Origin: Patescibacteria group bacterium
GTDB taxonomy: Bacteria > Patescibacteriota > Minisyncoccia > Phycocordibacterales > JAKFXT01
Assembly: GCA_021731245.1 (NCBI GenBank)
Contig: JAKFXT010000005.1
Location: forward strand, 1-62,095
Length of the DNA: 62,095 bases
Direction of reading: 5' to 3'
How positions within the stretch are numbered: the first letter of the stretch is position 1; every line of letters starts with the position of its first letter. The position numbers and the translations under genes are program-made. Below are positions 24,964 through 35,403 of this stretch, piece after piece. The notes beneath the pieces are model-generated. The model made no database searches, was not told the origin of the DNA, and saw only the letters and a program-made list of their open reading frames with translations.

Positions 24964-25550
24964 TGTCGTATCATCACTACGAAAGCGAGTGTTTCATACT
25001 TTCCTCAATGCCTGAAAAAGAAGCGAATCGCGCTTACATTCTTTTTTCAGAAAAATTAGGATTAATTTACGCTAAAGCCCAAGGTGTTTCTATGCCGTCT
25101 TCAAAACTTAGAGGAAGCCTGGAGCCAATTGCGAAAGCAAGAATCTCTTTGATTAAAGGAAAAGAAGTTTGGAGAATAGTAGGAGCGCAAGAAAGCGTTT
25201 CTCTCTGGCAACAATTAAAGGGAAGCAGGGAAGAACTTTCCATTTTCACTCGTCTTACAACTTTATTAAGGCGTTTGGTGATTTCTGAAGAGTATCACGG
25301 AGAACTCTTTAAAATATTAGAAGAGTGTTTTGAGGCGATATCAGAAAAGAATACATCGGAAAAATTAATAGCAATTGAGTTGGTTGCAGTTTCTCGTATA
25401 TTGCATCACTTAGGCTATTTTACTTTGAAAGATGATTATCAGTCCTTTTTTAATATTCCTTTGTCTAAAATTGAAAGTGATTATGTCATTGGTAAAAAAA
25501 GAAGCTTGGTCGCTGATATTAACCAAGCCCTAAAAGAGAGTCATCTTTAA
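24963..25550 (+). CDS. recO: DNA repair protein RecO
   Basis: The OB-fold N-terminus (ECFILSSMPEKEANRAYILFSEKLGLIYAKAQG) and a length of 195 aa fit RecO. Confidence 0.7.
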   Translation: MSYHHYESECFILSSMPEKEANRAYILFSEKLGLIYAKAQGVSMPSSKLRGSLEPIAKARISLIKGKEVWRIVGAQESVSLWQQLKGSREELSIFTRLTTLLRRLVISEEYHGELFKILEECFEAISEKNTSEKLIAIELVAVSRILHHLGYFTLKDDYQSFFNIPLSKIESDYVIGKKRSLVADINQALKESHL

Positions 25551-25573
25551 TGTGTATAATATAGTGGTTTGAT

Positions 25574-27472
25574 ATGGCCAAAATAGACTTAATAAGACAA
25601 TTACAAGAAAAATTATACTCACGAACTACAAAAGACATCGATCCGATTCGTGAGCATGATTTATCCTCAAAAAATTATGAGGTTAAAGAGGATTGGAATT
25701 ATGAAAAATCTCTTCCAGTAACAGCTGAAAAACTAATGCAAACAAAATCAGGAATGTCTTTTACTTCAATGTTTTTGATTTTTTCCATGTTGTTTTTTGT
25801 TGGCGCCGGAGTTTTTGCTTTTTTTGCAGTTAAGGGTGGCGGAAATACTGTTTCAGCTGACAATATTGATCTTGGTATTTCAGGACCAATTTCAAGTGGA
25901 GGAGGGGAGAAGGTTTCACTAGACATAACTATAACTAATAGAAATAGAGCTCAGCTTCGTACTACTGAATTAAATATAGATTATCCCAAAAACACTAAAA
26001 GAGCAGAAAATCTTGGAGAAGATTTAGCCAATGAAAGAATTTATTTGGGAGATATTGAGCCGGGGCAAACTGTCAGAAAAACTATTTCTGCCGTTTTATT
26101 TGGTGAAGAAAAATCAGTTGGTGATATTAAATTTAGTTTGGAGTATAAAATACCTGGAGCTAACTCAATTTTTTCTAAGGATAATATCTATCAAGTCATA
26201 ATTAGTTCAAATCCAATTTCTCTAAATGTGGTGGGGCCAATAGAAGCAGTTAGCGGACAGGATATTAATTTTACAATCAATGTTCGCTCCAATAGTGCCG
26301 AAGTGATTAAGAATGTTTTATTCCAAACACAATATCCAGCCGGATTTTCATTTAAAAATTCAACACCCAAGCCCTTTTCTGGAAATACATTTTGGCAATT
26401 GGGAGATTTTGCTCCAGGGCAAGAAAAAATAATAACAATTACGGGAAATATTATTGGAGAAAATGAAGAGGCGAGGGTCTTTCGTTTTGATGGAGGAGTT
26501 GGTAGTTCAAATGACAGAACAATACCGACTCTTTTTGCTGGATTTAAACAAGAAGTTTCAATCAAGAAACCATTTATCGGTCTTTCGATTGAAATTGCTG
26601 GAAAAAATTCTCAAGAAGTAACTGTACCAAGGAGTGCCCCAGTGAATGTGGAAATTTCTTATATTAACAATTTAACCACCCCAGTTAATGATGCTGTCAT
26701 AACCCTTAATCTTTCTGGTTTAGCGCTAAATAAAAATGGAATAATAACTGATAGAGGTTTTTATCAATCGCTCAACAATACTGTTACTTGGAACAAGGAA
26801 ACTCTACCAACGCTCTCTGAATTAGCCCCAGGAGAAGGGGGAACTGTTTCTGTCACGATAACTCCGAAACAAGGAGGTGGAATACAGAATCCAGAAATAG
26901 TAATGAAAGGCAGTGTTTCAGGTAAGCGCACAGAAGAAAGTGGGGTGCCAACAGAAATAATAGCTTCCGTTGATAGACGTATTAAATTTGAATCAGATAT
27001 GTCGCTTTCTGCTAGAAGTTCCTACTATTCTTCAGCAATTAAAAATACAGGGTTAATTCCACCTAAGTCAGAAAAAGAAACCACTTACTCCATAACTCTA
27101 AGCATTTCTAACGGATCAAATGACGTTACTGACACAATTGTCGTCACAACTCTGCCTTCCTATGTTCGTTATATTGGCGAAACTTATCCAAGTTCCGAAG
27201 ATGTTTCATATGATGAAGCAAAAAGAGAAGTGAAGTGGAGAGCGGGTGTAGTCCGAGCAGGCTCCATTCAATCTGCAAAACAAATGTCTTTCAAAGTCGG
27301 ATTTACTCCAAGCACATCTCAAATTGGCGCGACCCCCGCTTTGACTGGTGGCTTTACGTTAAGTGGGCAAGATAGATTTACTAATACATCAGTAAATCTG
27401 CAACAGGGGGCAGTAACAATTAAGACAGATGACTTACAGTTTAAGGCGGGAGATGACATCGTTGTTCAATAA
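25574..27472 (+). CDS. membrane-anchored protein with repeated beta-sandwich-like extracellular modules, function unknown
   Basis: One TM helix (FTSMFLIFSMLFFVGAGVFAFFAV) is followed by about 550 aa of repeated PG..GTVSVTITP-type segments. Confidence 0.5.
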   Translation: MAKIDLIRQLQEKLYSRTTKDIDPIREHDLSSKNYEVKEDWNYEKSLPVTAEKLMQTKSGMSFTSMFLIFSMLFFVGAGVFAFFAVKGGGNTVSADNIDLGISGPISSGGGEKVSLDITITNRNRAQLRTTELNIDYPKNTKRAENLGEDLANERIYLGDIEPGQTVRKTISAVLFGEEKSVGDIKFSLEYKIPGANSIFSKDNIYQVIISSNPISLNVVGPIEAVSGQDINFTINVRSNSAEVIKNVLFQTQYPAGFSFKNSTPKPFSGNTFWQLGDFAPGQEKIITITGNIIGENEEARVFRFDGGVGSSNDRTIPTLFAGFKQEVSIKKPFIGLSIEIAGKNSQEVTVPRSAPVNVEISYINNLTTPVNDAVITLNLSGLALNKNGIITDRGFYQSLNNTVTWNKETLPTLSELAPGEGGTVSVTITPKQGGGIQNPEIVMKGSVSGKRTEESGVPTEIIASVDRRIKFESDMSLSARSSYYSSAIKNTGLIPPKSEKETTYSITLSISNGSNDVTDTIVVTTLPSYVRYIGETYPSSEDVSYDEAKREVKWRAGVVRAGSIQSAKQMSFKVGFTPSTSQIGATPALTGGFTLSGQDRFTNTSVNLQQGAVTIKTDDLQFKAGDDIVVQ

Positions 27473-27536
27473 GGAAAAACCTTAAAAAAACTGATAGTAT
27501 AGATAAATTAAGATATTAAAATTGGAGTATTCGGCA

Positions 27537-28850
27537 ATGAAAGAAAAGGAAGATAATTTAATGGAAAAAATAGTATCTCTTTGTAAAAGAAAGGGCTTTA
27601 TTTTTCAGGGTTCAGAAATTTACGGGGGACTTGCCGGCACCTTTGATTACGGGCCTTTGGGACTTGCACTTAAGAAAAATATAGAAAATTTGTGGTGGAA
27701 ACAATTTGTTGATTCCCGAGAAGACATGTATGGCATTGATTCATCAATACTCATGAATCCAAAAGTTTGGGAAGCGTCAGGACATGTTGGTGGATTTTCT
27801 GACCCACTTGTTGAATGTGAAAAGTGCAAAAGACGCTTCCGAGAAGATCATTTGGAAGATAAAGACAAATGTCCTGAATGTACTGGAAAATTGGGAAAGG
27901 CGCGTCAATTTAATATGATGTTTAAGACGCACGTTGGAGCAACAGAAGATGAATCCGCCGTTTCATACCTTCGTCCTGAAACAGCGCAGGGAATGTTTGT
28001 AAATTTTAAAAATATAATTGATTCGTATCATCCAAAGATTCCATTTGGCATTGCGCAAATTGGTAGAGCTTTCCGAAATGAGATTGCACCAAGAGATTTT
28101 ATTTTCCGCGTGAGAGAGCTTGAAATAATGGAATTAGAATATTTTCTAGAAGAAAAAAATTGGGAAGAACAATTTGAATATTGGCTTCGACAATCTCACG
28201 AATGGTTTAAATCACTTGGCTTTGAAAAGGGGGATATTAAAGAAGTTGAAATAGAGGATGGAGACAGAGCACACTACTCAAAACGCACAGTAGATTTTCA
28301 TTTCAATTATCCTGGTGGGTTTGATGAAATTGGAGGTTTAGCTTATAGAACTGATTTTGATTTAAAAAATCATATTGAAAAAAGTGGAGTTGAATTAAGT
28401 TATTTAGATTCAGCAAGTAATGAGAGATTTGTTCCTCATGTATTGGAGCCGACTTTTGGATTAGGGCGTCACGTTTTGGCAGTTATCGCTAAGGCGTATA
28501 CAGAGGACGAGCTCGGAGATGAGAAGAGAGTTTTTTTGAAATTGCCAGCCAATCTTGCTCCTATAAAAGTGGCTGTATTTCCTTTGCTAAAAAATAAGCC
28601 AGAGCTTGTTGCTAAAGCGCGTGAGGTTTTTTCAATGCTTAAAAAAGAAATTCCCCAAATTACATTTGATGATAATGGCAATATTGGTAAGCGCTATAGA
28701 AGACAAGATGAAATAGGGACTCCATATTGCGTAACTATAGATTTTGATACTTTAGAAAATGGGGAAGTGACTGTGAGAGACAGAGATAGTGGCAAACAAA
28801 AACACCTTCCAATTGGTGAATTGACGCAATATTTAAAGGGAAATTTTTAG
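27537..28850 (+). CDS. glyQS: glycyl-tRNA synthetase (alpha2 type)
   Basis: Contains RGFIFQGSEIYGG, YLRPETAQG, FRNEIAPR and the anticodon-binding tail. The ATG at 27537 is preferred to the listed TTG at 27522. Confidence 0.9.
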   Translation: MKEKEDNLMEKIVSLCKRKGFIFQGSEIYGGLAGTFDYGPLGLALKKNIENLWWKQFVDSREDMYGIDSSILMNPKVWEASGHVGGFSDPLVECEKCKRRFREDHLEDKDKCPECTGKLGKARQFNMMFKTHVGATEDESAVSYLRPETAQGMFVNFKNIIDSYHPKIPFGIAQIGRAFRNEIAPRDFIFRVRELEIMELEYFLEEKNWEEQFEYWLRQSHEWFKSLGFEKGDIKEVEIEDGDRAHYSKRTVDFHFNYPGGFDEIGGLAYRTDFDLKNHIEKSGVELSYLDSASNERFVPHVLEPTFGLGRHVLAVIAKAYTEDELGDEKRVFLKLPANLAPIKVAVFPLLKNKPELVAKAREVFSMLKKEIPQITFDDNGNIGKRYRRQDEIGTPYCVTIDFDTLENGEVTVRDRDSGKQKHLPIGELTQYLKGNF

Positions 28851-28917
28851 TCGATTAAAGGAATTAGACAATTAGCGGTCTTCTTGTAAAAGAAATTACG
28901 AGTGTTATAGTAACGAA

Positions 28918-29997
28918 ATGGAAATAAAAGGTTCATCCGTAAGCGTTTCTTCCGGAACTATTGTTCGAGTTATTTTGTTTTTGGTTTTGTTTTGGCTCGT
29001 TTTCTATTTACGCGATCTTGTTTTAATAATTTTGACCGCAATTGTTATCGCATCCTCAATTGAGCCGTTTATAAATTCCTTCCGTAAAATCCATGTTTCC
29101 AGAGTTCTTTCTGTAATGTTTATATATCTTGCAATAGGAATTTTCCTTATGGGCACTATTTATTTTTTGGTTCCGCCACTACTGAACGAAGCTGTAGGTA
29201 TACTTGATAGATTGCCACCTGACTTGAGAGATATAGACCTAAGTAATTTAACTAAAGGCACAGAGTTTCTGACGGGGAACAGCGCCATACAGTTTGCAAA
29301 CGACCTATCTATTTCAGATACTTTTTCTAATACTAAAGATATTATAAATAGTATTTCTGGGAACTTCTTTAAGACGACAGGCATTCTTTTCGGAGGACTT
29401 TTGAGTTTGATTTTGATTACTGTCCTTTCTTTTTATTTTGCAGTGCAAGAAACTGGCATTGATGATTTCCTTAGAGTCATTACTCCAACGCGTCATCAAG
29501 ATTATGTTGTTGGTCTTTGGAAAAGAGCTCAAATAAAAATAGGCCTTTGGATGCAGGGGCAGCTAATACTCGGTGTAATTGTAGGTATTTTGGTTTATCT
29601 AGGCCTTACTATACTGGGCGTGCCATACGCCTTCTTGTTGGCGATTCTTGCTATGGTTTTCGAATTGGTACCAGTATTCGGTCCAATAATTGCCGCAGTT
29701 CCCGCGACTATCATGGGCTTTGTGGATGGTGGGGCAACAACAGGACTTTTTACAATTGGGCTATTCGTCATAATTCAACAATTTGAAAATCATTTGATAT
29801 ATCCTTTGGTTGTACGCAAAGTTGTAGGTATTCCACCAATCTTGGTTATTATTGCTCTTATTGTTGGAGCAAAGCTTGCTGGATTCTTAGGAATAATTTT
29901 ATCTGTCCCAGTTTCTGCTGCCATTAAAGAATTTATTGATGATTTACAGCGCAAAAAAGAAATTGAAAGACAGAATTTGGCACAGCAGAAAAACTAG
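28918..29997 (+). CDS. AI-2E (PerM/UPF0118) family transporter
   Basis: Has about 8 TM segments and a conserved VP.FGP.I...P region (ELVPVFGPIIAAVPA). Confidence 0.75.
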   Translation: MEIKGSSVSVSSGTIVRVILFLVLFWLVFYLRDLVLIILTAIVIASSIEPFINSFRKIHVSRVLSVMFIYLAIGIFLMGTIYFLVPPLLNEAVGILDRLPPDLRDIDLSNLTKGTEFLTGNSAIQFANDLSISDTFSNTKDIINSISGNFFKTTGILFGGLLSLILITVLSFYFAVQETGIDDFLRVITPTRHQDYVVGLWKRAQIKIGLWMQGQLILGVIVGILVYLGLTILGVPYAFLLAILAMVFELVPVFGPIIAAVPATIMGFVDGGATTGLFTIGLFVIIQQFENHLIYPLVVRKVVGIPPILVIIALIVGAKLAGFLGIILSVPVSAAIKEFIDDLQRKKEIERQNLAQQKN

Positions 29998-30005
29998 TAT
30001 TTTTT

Positions 30006-31442
30006 ATGGATAAAAAACCACTTTTTATTTCAACGGCTATTCCCTATGTAAACGCTAAGCCTCATATTGGTTTTGCGCTTGAAGTGGTGCAGGCGGATAT
30101 TGTTGCGAGGTACGCTCGCGTCTCTGGGAGAGATGTATATTTTTTAAGTGGAACTGATGATAATTCAATAAAGAATGTTCAATCTGCTGAAAAGGAAGGA
30201 AAGGAAGTTAATGTTTATGTGGGTGAGATGGCAGAAACTTTCAATAAATTATTGAAAGGACTAAATATTTCCAATGATGATTTTATAAAAACCTCAACTG
30301 ATAAAAGACACTTTGCTGGAGCACGAAAACTTTGGGAATCTTGTAAAAAAGAAGATATATATAAGAAGTCATACAAAGGACTTTATTGTGATGGTTGTGA
30401 GGAGTTTAAAACGGAAAAAGATTTAATTAATGGAGAGTGCCCAGAACATCCTCTGAAAAAACTTGAAGTAGTAGAAGAAGAAAATTACTTCTTCAATTTA
30501 TCAAATTATCAAGAAAAACTGACATCCCTTATTGAAAGTGGGGAATTTCAAATAATTCCAGAAACTAGAAAAAATGAAACACTTTCTTTCATAAAAGGGG
30601 GATTGGAGGACTTTAGTATTTCTCGCTCTAATAAAAGGGCTAAAAATTGGGGAATTTCAGTGCCAAACGATGACACTCAAATGATGTACGTTTGGTTTGA
30701 CGCGCTTTCAAATTATATAAACGCCTTGGGATATAGCGAAAACGCTGAGAACTTTCAAAAGTTTTGGAATAATGCAGAGACAATCCATTGGATTGGAAAA
30801 GGAATAAATAGATTCCACACAGTATATTGGCCGGCAATGCTTTTATCTGCGGGAGTCACTTTGCCTAAAAAAGTAGTAATACATGGTTACATTACAGTTG
30901 GTGGGCAAAAAATGTCTAAATCAATTGGCAATGTAATTGATCCAATGCCATTAATTGAAGAATACGGGACAGATGCTGTGCGATATGTTTTGGCAAAAAT
31001 CCCCGTATTTGAAGATGGAGATATTACACTTGAAAGAATCAAAGATGTTTATAATGCTGATTTGGCTAATGGAATTGGGAATCTTTTAAGCCGCGTTATT
31101 AAAATGTCTTCAATGTATGGAATTAAGAACGTAAGTACAAAAGTGACGCAGGCTGAACTTGTTTTTGAAAAAAGCATTGAAGCTTTTGATATAAAGTTAG
31201 CGATAGATTTGATTTGGCACAGGGTTATGCATACAGATCAATTTATTCAAAGAGAGGAGCCATTTAAAAAGATAAAAATTAATCCAGAAGAGGCAAAAGC
31301 AAATATTTCATTTATTTTAAATGAGTTGTGGAATATTGCTGAACAATTAAAACCTTTTATGCCAAAAACATCAGAAAAAATAATTGAGTGTATTGAAAAA
31401 AACAAAATGCCAGAAGTACCACTTTTTCCACGTAAAGATTAG
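30006..31442 (+). CDS. metG: methionyl-tRNA synthetase, core only (no C-terminal tRNA-binding domain)
   Basis: Contains PYVNAKPHIGF, the zinc knuckle CDGCEEF...CPEH, and KMSKSIGN. It ends after the anticodon-binding helices. Confidence 0.9.
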   Translation: MDKKPLFISTAIPYVNAKPHIGFALEVVQADIVARYARVSGRDVYFLSGTDDNSIKNVQSAEKEGKEVNVYVGEMAETFNKLLKGLNISNDDFIKTSTDKRHFAGARKLWESCKKEDIYKKSYKGLYCDGCEEFKTEKDLINGECPEHPLKKLEVVEEENYFFNLSNYQEKLTSLIESGEFQIIPETRKNETLSFIKGGLEDFSISRSNKRAKNWGISVPNDDTQMMYVWFDALSNYINALGYSENAENFQKFWNNAETIHWIGKGINRFHTVYWPAMLLSAGVTLPKKVVIHGYITVGGQKMSKSIGNVIDPMPLIEEYGTDAVRYVLAKIPVFEDGDITLERIKDVYNADLANGIGNLLSRVIKMSSMYGIKNVSTKVTQAELVFEKSIEAFDIKLAIDLIWHRVMHTDQFIQREEPFKKIKINPEEAKANISFILNELWNIAEQLKPFMPKTSEKIIECIEKNKMPEVPLFPRKD

Positions 31443-31443
31443 T

Positions 31444-32235
31444 ATGAAATATATAGACGCACACGCGCATATTCACGGGAAAGAATTTGATATTGATAGA
31501 GCTGACGTCATTGGAAGAATGAAAGAGTTAGAGCTCGGCTGTATTACAGTGGGCACATCACTGGAGGATTCAAAAAAAGCAGTAGAAGTAGCTACAAATA
31601 ATGATAATGTTTGGGCAACAATCGGAGTGCACCCGACGGATACAAAAGAAACTTTTGAAGAAAAAGATTTTGAAGAATTGGTGAAAAATAAAAAGGTTGT
31701 GGCGATAGGGGAATGTGGTTTGGATTATTTTCGTTTAACAATTCATAATCAACAAGCAGAAAAAGAAAGACAGAAAGAAAGTTTTATAAAACAATTGGAT
31801 TTTGCAGTAAAGTATGACAGATCACTGATGATACATTGTCGCCCCTCTGTTAATGGGGTGATTGACGCTCACGATGACATGCTCCATATTCTTAGTTCGT
31901 ATAAAGACCTCTCTAATCTTCGCGGTAATATTCATTTTTTCACAGGAACAAAGGAAATAGCGGATAAATACTTTTCATTAGGTTTTTCTGTTTCTCTACC
32001 AGGAGTTGTTACTTTTTCTGATGAAGTCGCAAATACTTTTAAAGCTCTACCAATGGAAAGAGTTTTAGCAGAAACGGATTGTCCATATGCAGCGCCTATT
32101 CCGCATAGAGGCAAAAGAAATGAGCCAATTTATGTAATTGAAACAATTAAAAAAATGGCTGAAATTAAGGGTGTTTCTATGGAAATTATAGAAAAACAGC
32201 TAATTCTTAATACTAAAAAAGCATTTCAAATTTAG
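31444..32235 (+). CDS. TatD-family metal-dependent hydrolase
   Basis: Contains YIDAHAHI, IGECGLDY, IHCR and ETDCPY. The ATG at 31444 is preferred to the listed 31384. Confidence 0.85.
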   Translation: MKYIDAHAHIHGKEFDIDRADVIGRMKELELGCITVGTSLEDSKKAVEVATNNDNVWATIGVHPTDTKETFEEKDFEELVKNKKVVAIGECGLDYFRLTIHNQQAEKERQKESFIKQLDFAVKYDRSLMIHCRPSVNGVIDAHDDMLHILSSYKDLSNLRGNIHFFTGTKEIADKYFSLGFSVSLPGVVTFSDEVANTFKALPMERVLAETDCPYAAPIPHRGKRNEPIYVIETIKKMAEIKGVSMEIIEKQLILNTKKAFQI

Positions 32236-32353
32236 TTGCGTTGTATGGGTAATTGTGTTAATTTTACCCCCACGTGTGTTTACTTATCTCGGCTGCTCTC
32301 CACGTTAGTGAAAGCCAAAAATTTAAACAAAAGTTAAATAATCAATAAGAGAA

Positions 32354-32875
32354 ATGGCAAAAAAAGAATCAAAAGGAGAATTAAGCGAAGAAGCAAAAGT
32401 TCTCTTGAGTGAGAATGAAAGTGACGCCAAGCTCTATGAGCTGGGTTTTCACCTTGTGCCAACCATTACTGAAGAAGCTGCTGTCGCTAAATTTGCAGAA
32501 ATTACCGCAAAAATAGAAAAGATTGGAGGGTCTGTTAAATTATCAAAAAACCCAGAATCTCGCCCACTTGCTTATGAAATAAGTAAGTCAGGTGGTGGTA
32601 AAAAAGAGAAATACGAAACTGCTTTTTTTGGTTTCGCTATTTTTGAAATGAAAAGAGACGAAATATCTGCTTTTCAAAAATGGGTCAATATAATACCGGA
32701 AATGCTACGCTCTCTAGTAATAGAGGTTCCTAAGGATATTCTTACCCCTAAAGAAAGACGCATTCCCCAGAGCCATAAAGAGGAGACAAAGAGAACGACA
32801 GATCCTTCAACTGAGGCTAAACCAATTAATGAAGTGGAATTGGACAAGACAATTGAGCAATTAGTAATAGAGTAG
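32354..32875 (+). CDS. rpsF: ribosomal protein S6 with N- and C-terminal extensions
   Basis: Has a YELGFHLVP core and sits in the conserved rpsF-ssb-rpsR order. Confidence 0.65.
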   Translation: MAKKESKGELSEEAKVLLSENESDAKLYELGFHLVPTITEEAAVAKFAEITAKIEKIGGSVKLSKNPESRPLAYEISKSGGGKKEKYETAFFGFAIFEMKRDEISAFQKWVNIIPEMLRSLVIEVPKDILTPKERRIPQSHKEETKRTTDPSTEAKPINEVELDKTIEQLVIE

Positions 32876-32887
32876 TAGGATAATAGA

Positions 32888-33355
32888 ATGTATATAAACA
32901 AAGCTATAGTCTACGGTAATTTAACTAGAGACCCAGAGCTTAGGGCAATTCCCTCAGGTACTCAAGTTGCGACTTTAAGTGTTGCGACAAATAGAGTTTG
33001 GAAAAATGCTGATGGAGTAAAACAGGAATCTGTTGATTATCACAATGTAGTAGTCTTTGGCCGACAAGCAGAAAATGTTGCACAGTACCTTAAAAAGGGA
33101 AGTGGAATATTTGTAGAAGGACGAATGCAAACTAGAAGTTGGGATGCAACTGATGGAACTAAAAAATACAGAACAGAAATAGTGGCTGATAGAGTTCAAT
33201 TTGGTCCAAAGTCTGGTGGAGGTGGTGGAAATTACCAAAAGAATGACGATCAAACAAGTTCTCCAAAAGGAAAGACTAAAGATGATAAAGAAAGTGACGG
33301 GGCAGCTATAGATTACCCAGAAGAGCAAATAAATCCAGAGGACATTCCGTTCTAA
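32888..33355 (+). CDS. ssb: single-stranded DNA-binding protein
   Basis: Contains NKAIVYGNLTRDPELR, a Gly-rich linker and the acidic tail PEDIPF. Confidence 0.9.
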   Translation: MYINKAIVYGNLTRDPELRAIPSGTQVATLSVATNRVWKNADGVKQESVDYHNVVVFGRQAENVAQYLKKGSGIFVEGRMQTRSWDATDGTKKYRTEIVADRVQFGPKSGGGGGNYQKNDDQTSSPKGKTKDDKESDGAAIDYPEEQINPEDIPF

Positions 33356-33374
33356 AAGTAAGTAAAATAAAAAT

Positions 33375-33578
33375 ATGAATAAACAATGTTATTTTTCACA
33401 AAACAATATTAAATATATTGATTATAAGGATACAGAACTTTTGAAAAGGTTTCTTAATCCGCACGCTCGTCTTATGTCAGGAAAGCGTACAGGTGTTTCC
33501 TCAAAGCACCAAAGAAAGCTCGCAGAAGCGGTAAAAAGAGCCAGATTCATGGCGTTACTCCCTTACGTAGCTAGATAA
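33375..33578 (+). CDS. rpsR: ribosomal protein S18
   Basis: Contains IDYKDTELLKRFL, GKRTGVSSKHQRKLAEAVKRARFMALLPY. Confidence 0.85.
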   Translation: MNKQCYFSQNNIKYIDYKDTELLKRFLNPHARLMSGKRTGVSSKHQRKLAEAVKRARFMALLPYVAR

Positions 33579-33594
33579 AACAGTTTCAAGTAAA

Positions 33595-33619
33595 AACCAC
33601 CCCGAAAGGGTGGTTTTTA
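33595..33619 (+). terminator. rho-independent terminator after rpsR
   Basis: ACCACCCcgaaaGGGTGGTTTTT. Confidence 0.75.
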
Positions 33620-33667
33620 CTAAGCTAAGTTGTATACTTTTAAGAGTTATAAATATAATAAAAATAA

Positions 33668-34015
33668 ATGGGATTTGAACAGCAAATGAGCAGTAACCCT
33701 TTGGAAGGAGAGGAAAAGTTGGTCGGGACTTTAAATAGAGGTCCTGAGCGCTCTTCAAATTTTGAAGGAAAACAAATTTTCACCTTTTATAAGAACGGAA
33801 CCCCGATTAAGTATTCTTTAAGTAAAGATGCACAGAATAATTTGGAGGGCAGTAGTTTTATTGTAGTAAGAAAAAATGATTCAGAAGCTAGAGATGAAAG
33901 GACTCCTGACTATGCAGAAAAAACTGACATTACATTAGGGCCCGTCTACCAACTGAACCAGCAGGAACTAAATGCCATTAGTAAAATATTGGAAAGTAAA
34001 GGGATTCAGATATAG
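33668..34015 (+). CDS. hypothetical 115-aa protein
   Basis: ORF only. No motif recognised. Confidence 0.35.
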   Translation: MGFEQQMSSNPLEGEEKLVGTLNRGPERSSNFEGKQIFTFYKNGTPIKYSLSKDAQNNLEGSSFIVVRKNDSEARDERTPDYAEKTDITLGPVYQLNQQELNAISKILESKGIQI

Positions 34016-34021
34016 GACAAA

Positions 34022-34612
34022 CTAATTTTTCTCACTTCGCCCTACATATTCACCAGAATCAGTATTTACCAATACGATGTCTCCTTCGTTTATAAAAAGA
34101 GGGGTTTGTACTACGAGACCGTTTTCTAGTATTACATCTTTGTTTGCTCCTTGGGCAGTATTACCTTTTACGGCAGGAGGGGCCTCTTTTACTTTGTAGT
34201 CTATTTTAATTGGAAGTTTTACACCAATAATCTTTGATTCATCTTCATCATCAGTAAAGATAAGGGCATCCACTAAAATATTACTTTTTAAAAATTTAGT
34301 GCCAGGGCCAATAATAGTTTCTGACAAATTAAATCTTTTTGATGGGTCCGTAACTTCACAAAAAACAAACTCACCCTTGTTTGCGTATACAAATTTGATT
34401 GGCTTTTTATCAATATCAGCTTCGTTGGCTTTGTCTGCGGCATGAAAAGAAACACTTATGACGCGACCTGAAAGCATACTTCTAAGTTTGGTTTGATTTT
34501 GAGGTTTGCGCATTTGAGTACGTGCAACATGGGAGTCAATCACTTCATACGGTTCGCCGTCGTGAACAATGAATTTCCCTGGTTTTATTTCGTTGTATTG
34601 TAGTATTGCCAT
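34022..34612 (-). CDS. efp: elongation factor P
   Basis: MAILQYNEIKPGKFIVHDGEPYEVIDSHVARTQMRKPQNQTKLR. The ATG at 34612 gives 196 aa. The listed 249-aa ORF adds a non-homologous leader. Confidence 0.85.
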   Translation of the reverse strand: MAILQYNEIKPGKFIVHDGEPYEVIDSHVARTQMRKPQNQTKLRSMLSGRVISVSFHAADKANEADIDKKPIKFVYANKGEFVFCEVTDPSKRFNLSETIIGPGTKFLKSNILVDALIFTDDEDESKIIGVKLPIKIDYKVKEAPPAVKGNTAQGANKDVILENGLVVQTPLFINEGDIVLVNTDSGEYVGRSEKN

Positions 34613-34775
34613 AAATGTTATTGAAAACAATTTGGCTATCTTAGCCGAAAAAAAATATTCTGTCGAGTGTAACTTATCATCCGAAACCTTGGTTGCAATA
34701 GGTATAAAAGGTCGGTATAAATGAAGCTGAAGGGGTAAGGAGGGACTTAATTGTCCCTCACTTAAACCCAAAAGT

Positions 34776-35360
34776 ATGACCTTACTTGAAGAAACAGAAG
34801 AATTAGATATATCCCTAATAACGGACGAAGAATTATTTGAGAGGAGTTTAAAACACCCCTCCCTTTTTTCATTAATATTAGATCGTTATCAAGAAGCATT
34901 CCTCCGAAAAGCAAAAACTGTCATGAAGACAGATGAAGCATCAGAAGATGTAACGCAAGAAACTTTTACAAAAATTTATTTAAAAGGAAATAGTTTTGTT
35001 CCCCAAGGAAAAGGGTCATTTAAATCGTGGGCCTATAGAGTTTTAATGAATACTGCTTTTACTCATTATCAAAAACAAAAAAGAGGCAATGTAGTTGAGT
35101 TCAGTGAAGAATTTGCCGAAATGTTTCCTGACATAAAGCAGTTGGATTCGCAGGAGCAGAAAGTATTGGCGGATTACGTCTCGTCTATTTTGGTGCGTAT
35201 ACCAGACAATTTTGCTTCAGTTCTCTCTAAATTTTTCTTAGAAGGGAAGTCACAAGAGGAGATTGCGGAAGAAGAGGGGGTTTCTATTGGGTCCATTAAG
35301 ACTCGCGTTTATAGAGCCAAAGATGCCTTTAGAGAAGCTATGGAGGCGCCCAAGCTATAG
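34776..35360 (+). CDS. ECF-type sigma-70 family RNA polymerase sigma factor
   Basis: Has region 2 (DVTQETFTKIY, FKSWAYRVLMN) and the region 4 HTH (SQEEIAEEEGVSIGSIKTRVYRAK). Confidence 0.75.
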   Translation: MTLLEETEELDISLITDEELFERSLKHPSLFSLILDRYQEAFLRKAKTVMKTDEASEDVTQETFTKIYLKGNSFVPQGKGSFKSWAYRVLMNTAFTHYQKQKRGNVVEFSEEFAEMFPDIKQLDSQEQKVLADYVSSILVRIPDNFASVLSKFFLEGKSQEEIAEEEGVSIGSIKTRVYRAKDAFREAMEAPKL

Positions 35361-35403
35361 AGTGAGTTGTGACTAATTATTAATTTAAGTAGTTTTATTC
35401 ATC

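Noticed and set aside
34613-34771. 53-codon N-terminal extension of the listed efp ORF.
   Set aside because: EF-P homology begins at MAILQYNEIKPG (ATG at 34612). The extension lies in the divergent promoter region shared with the sigma-factor gene.
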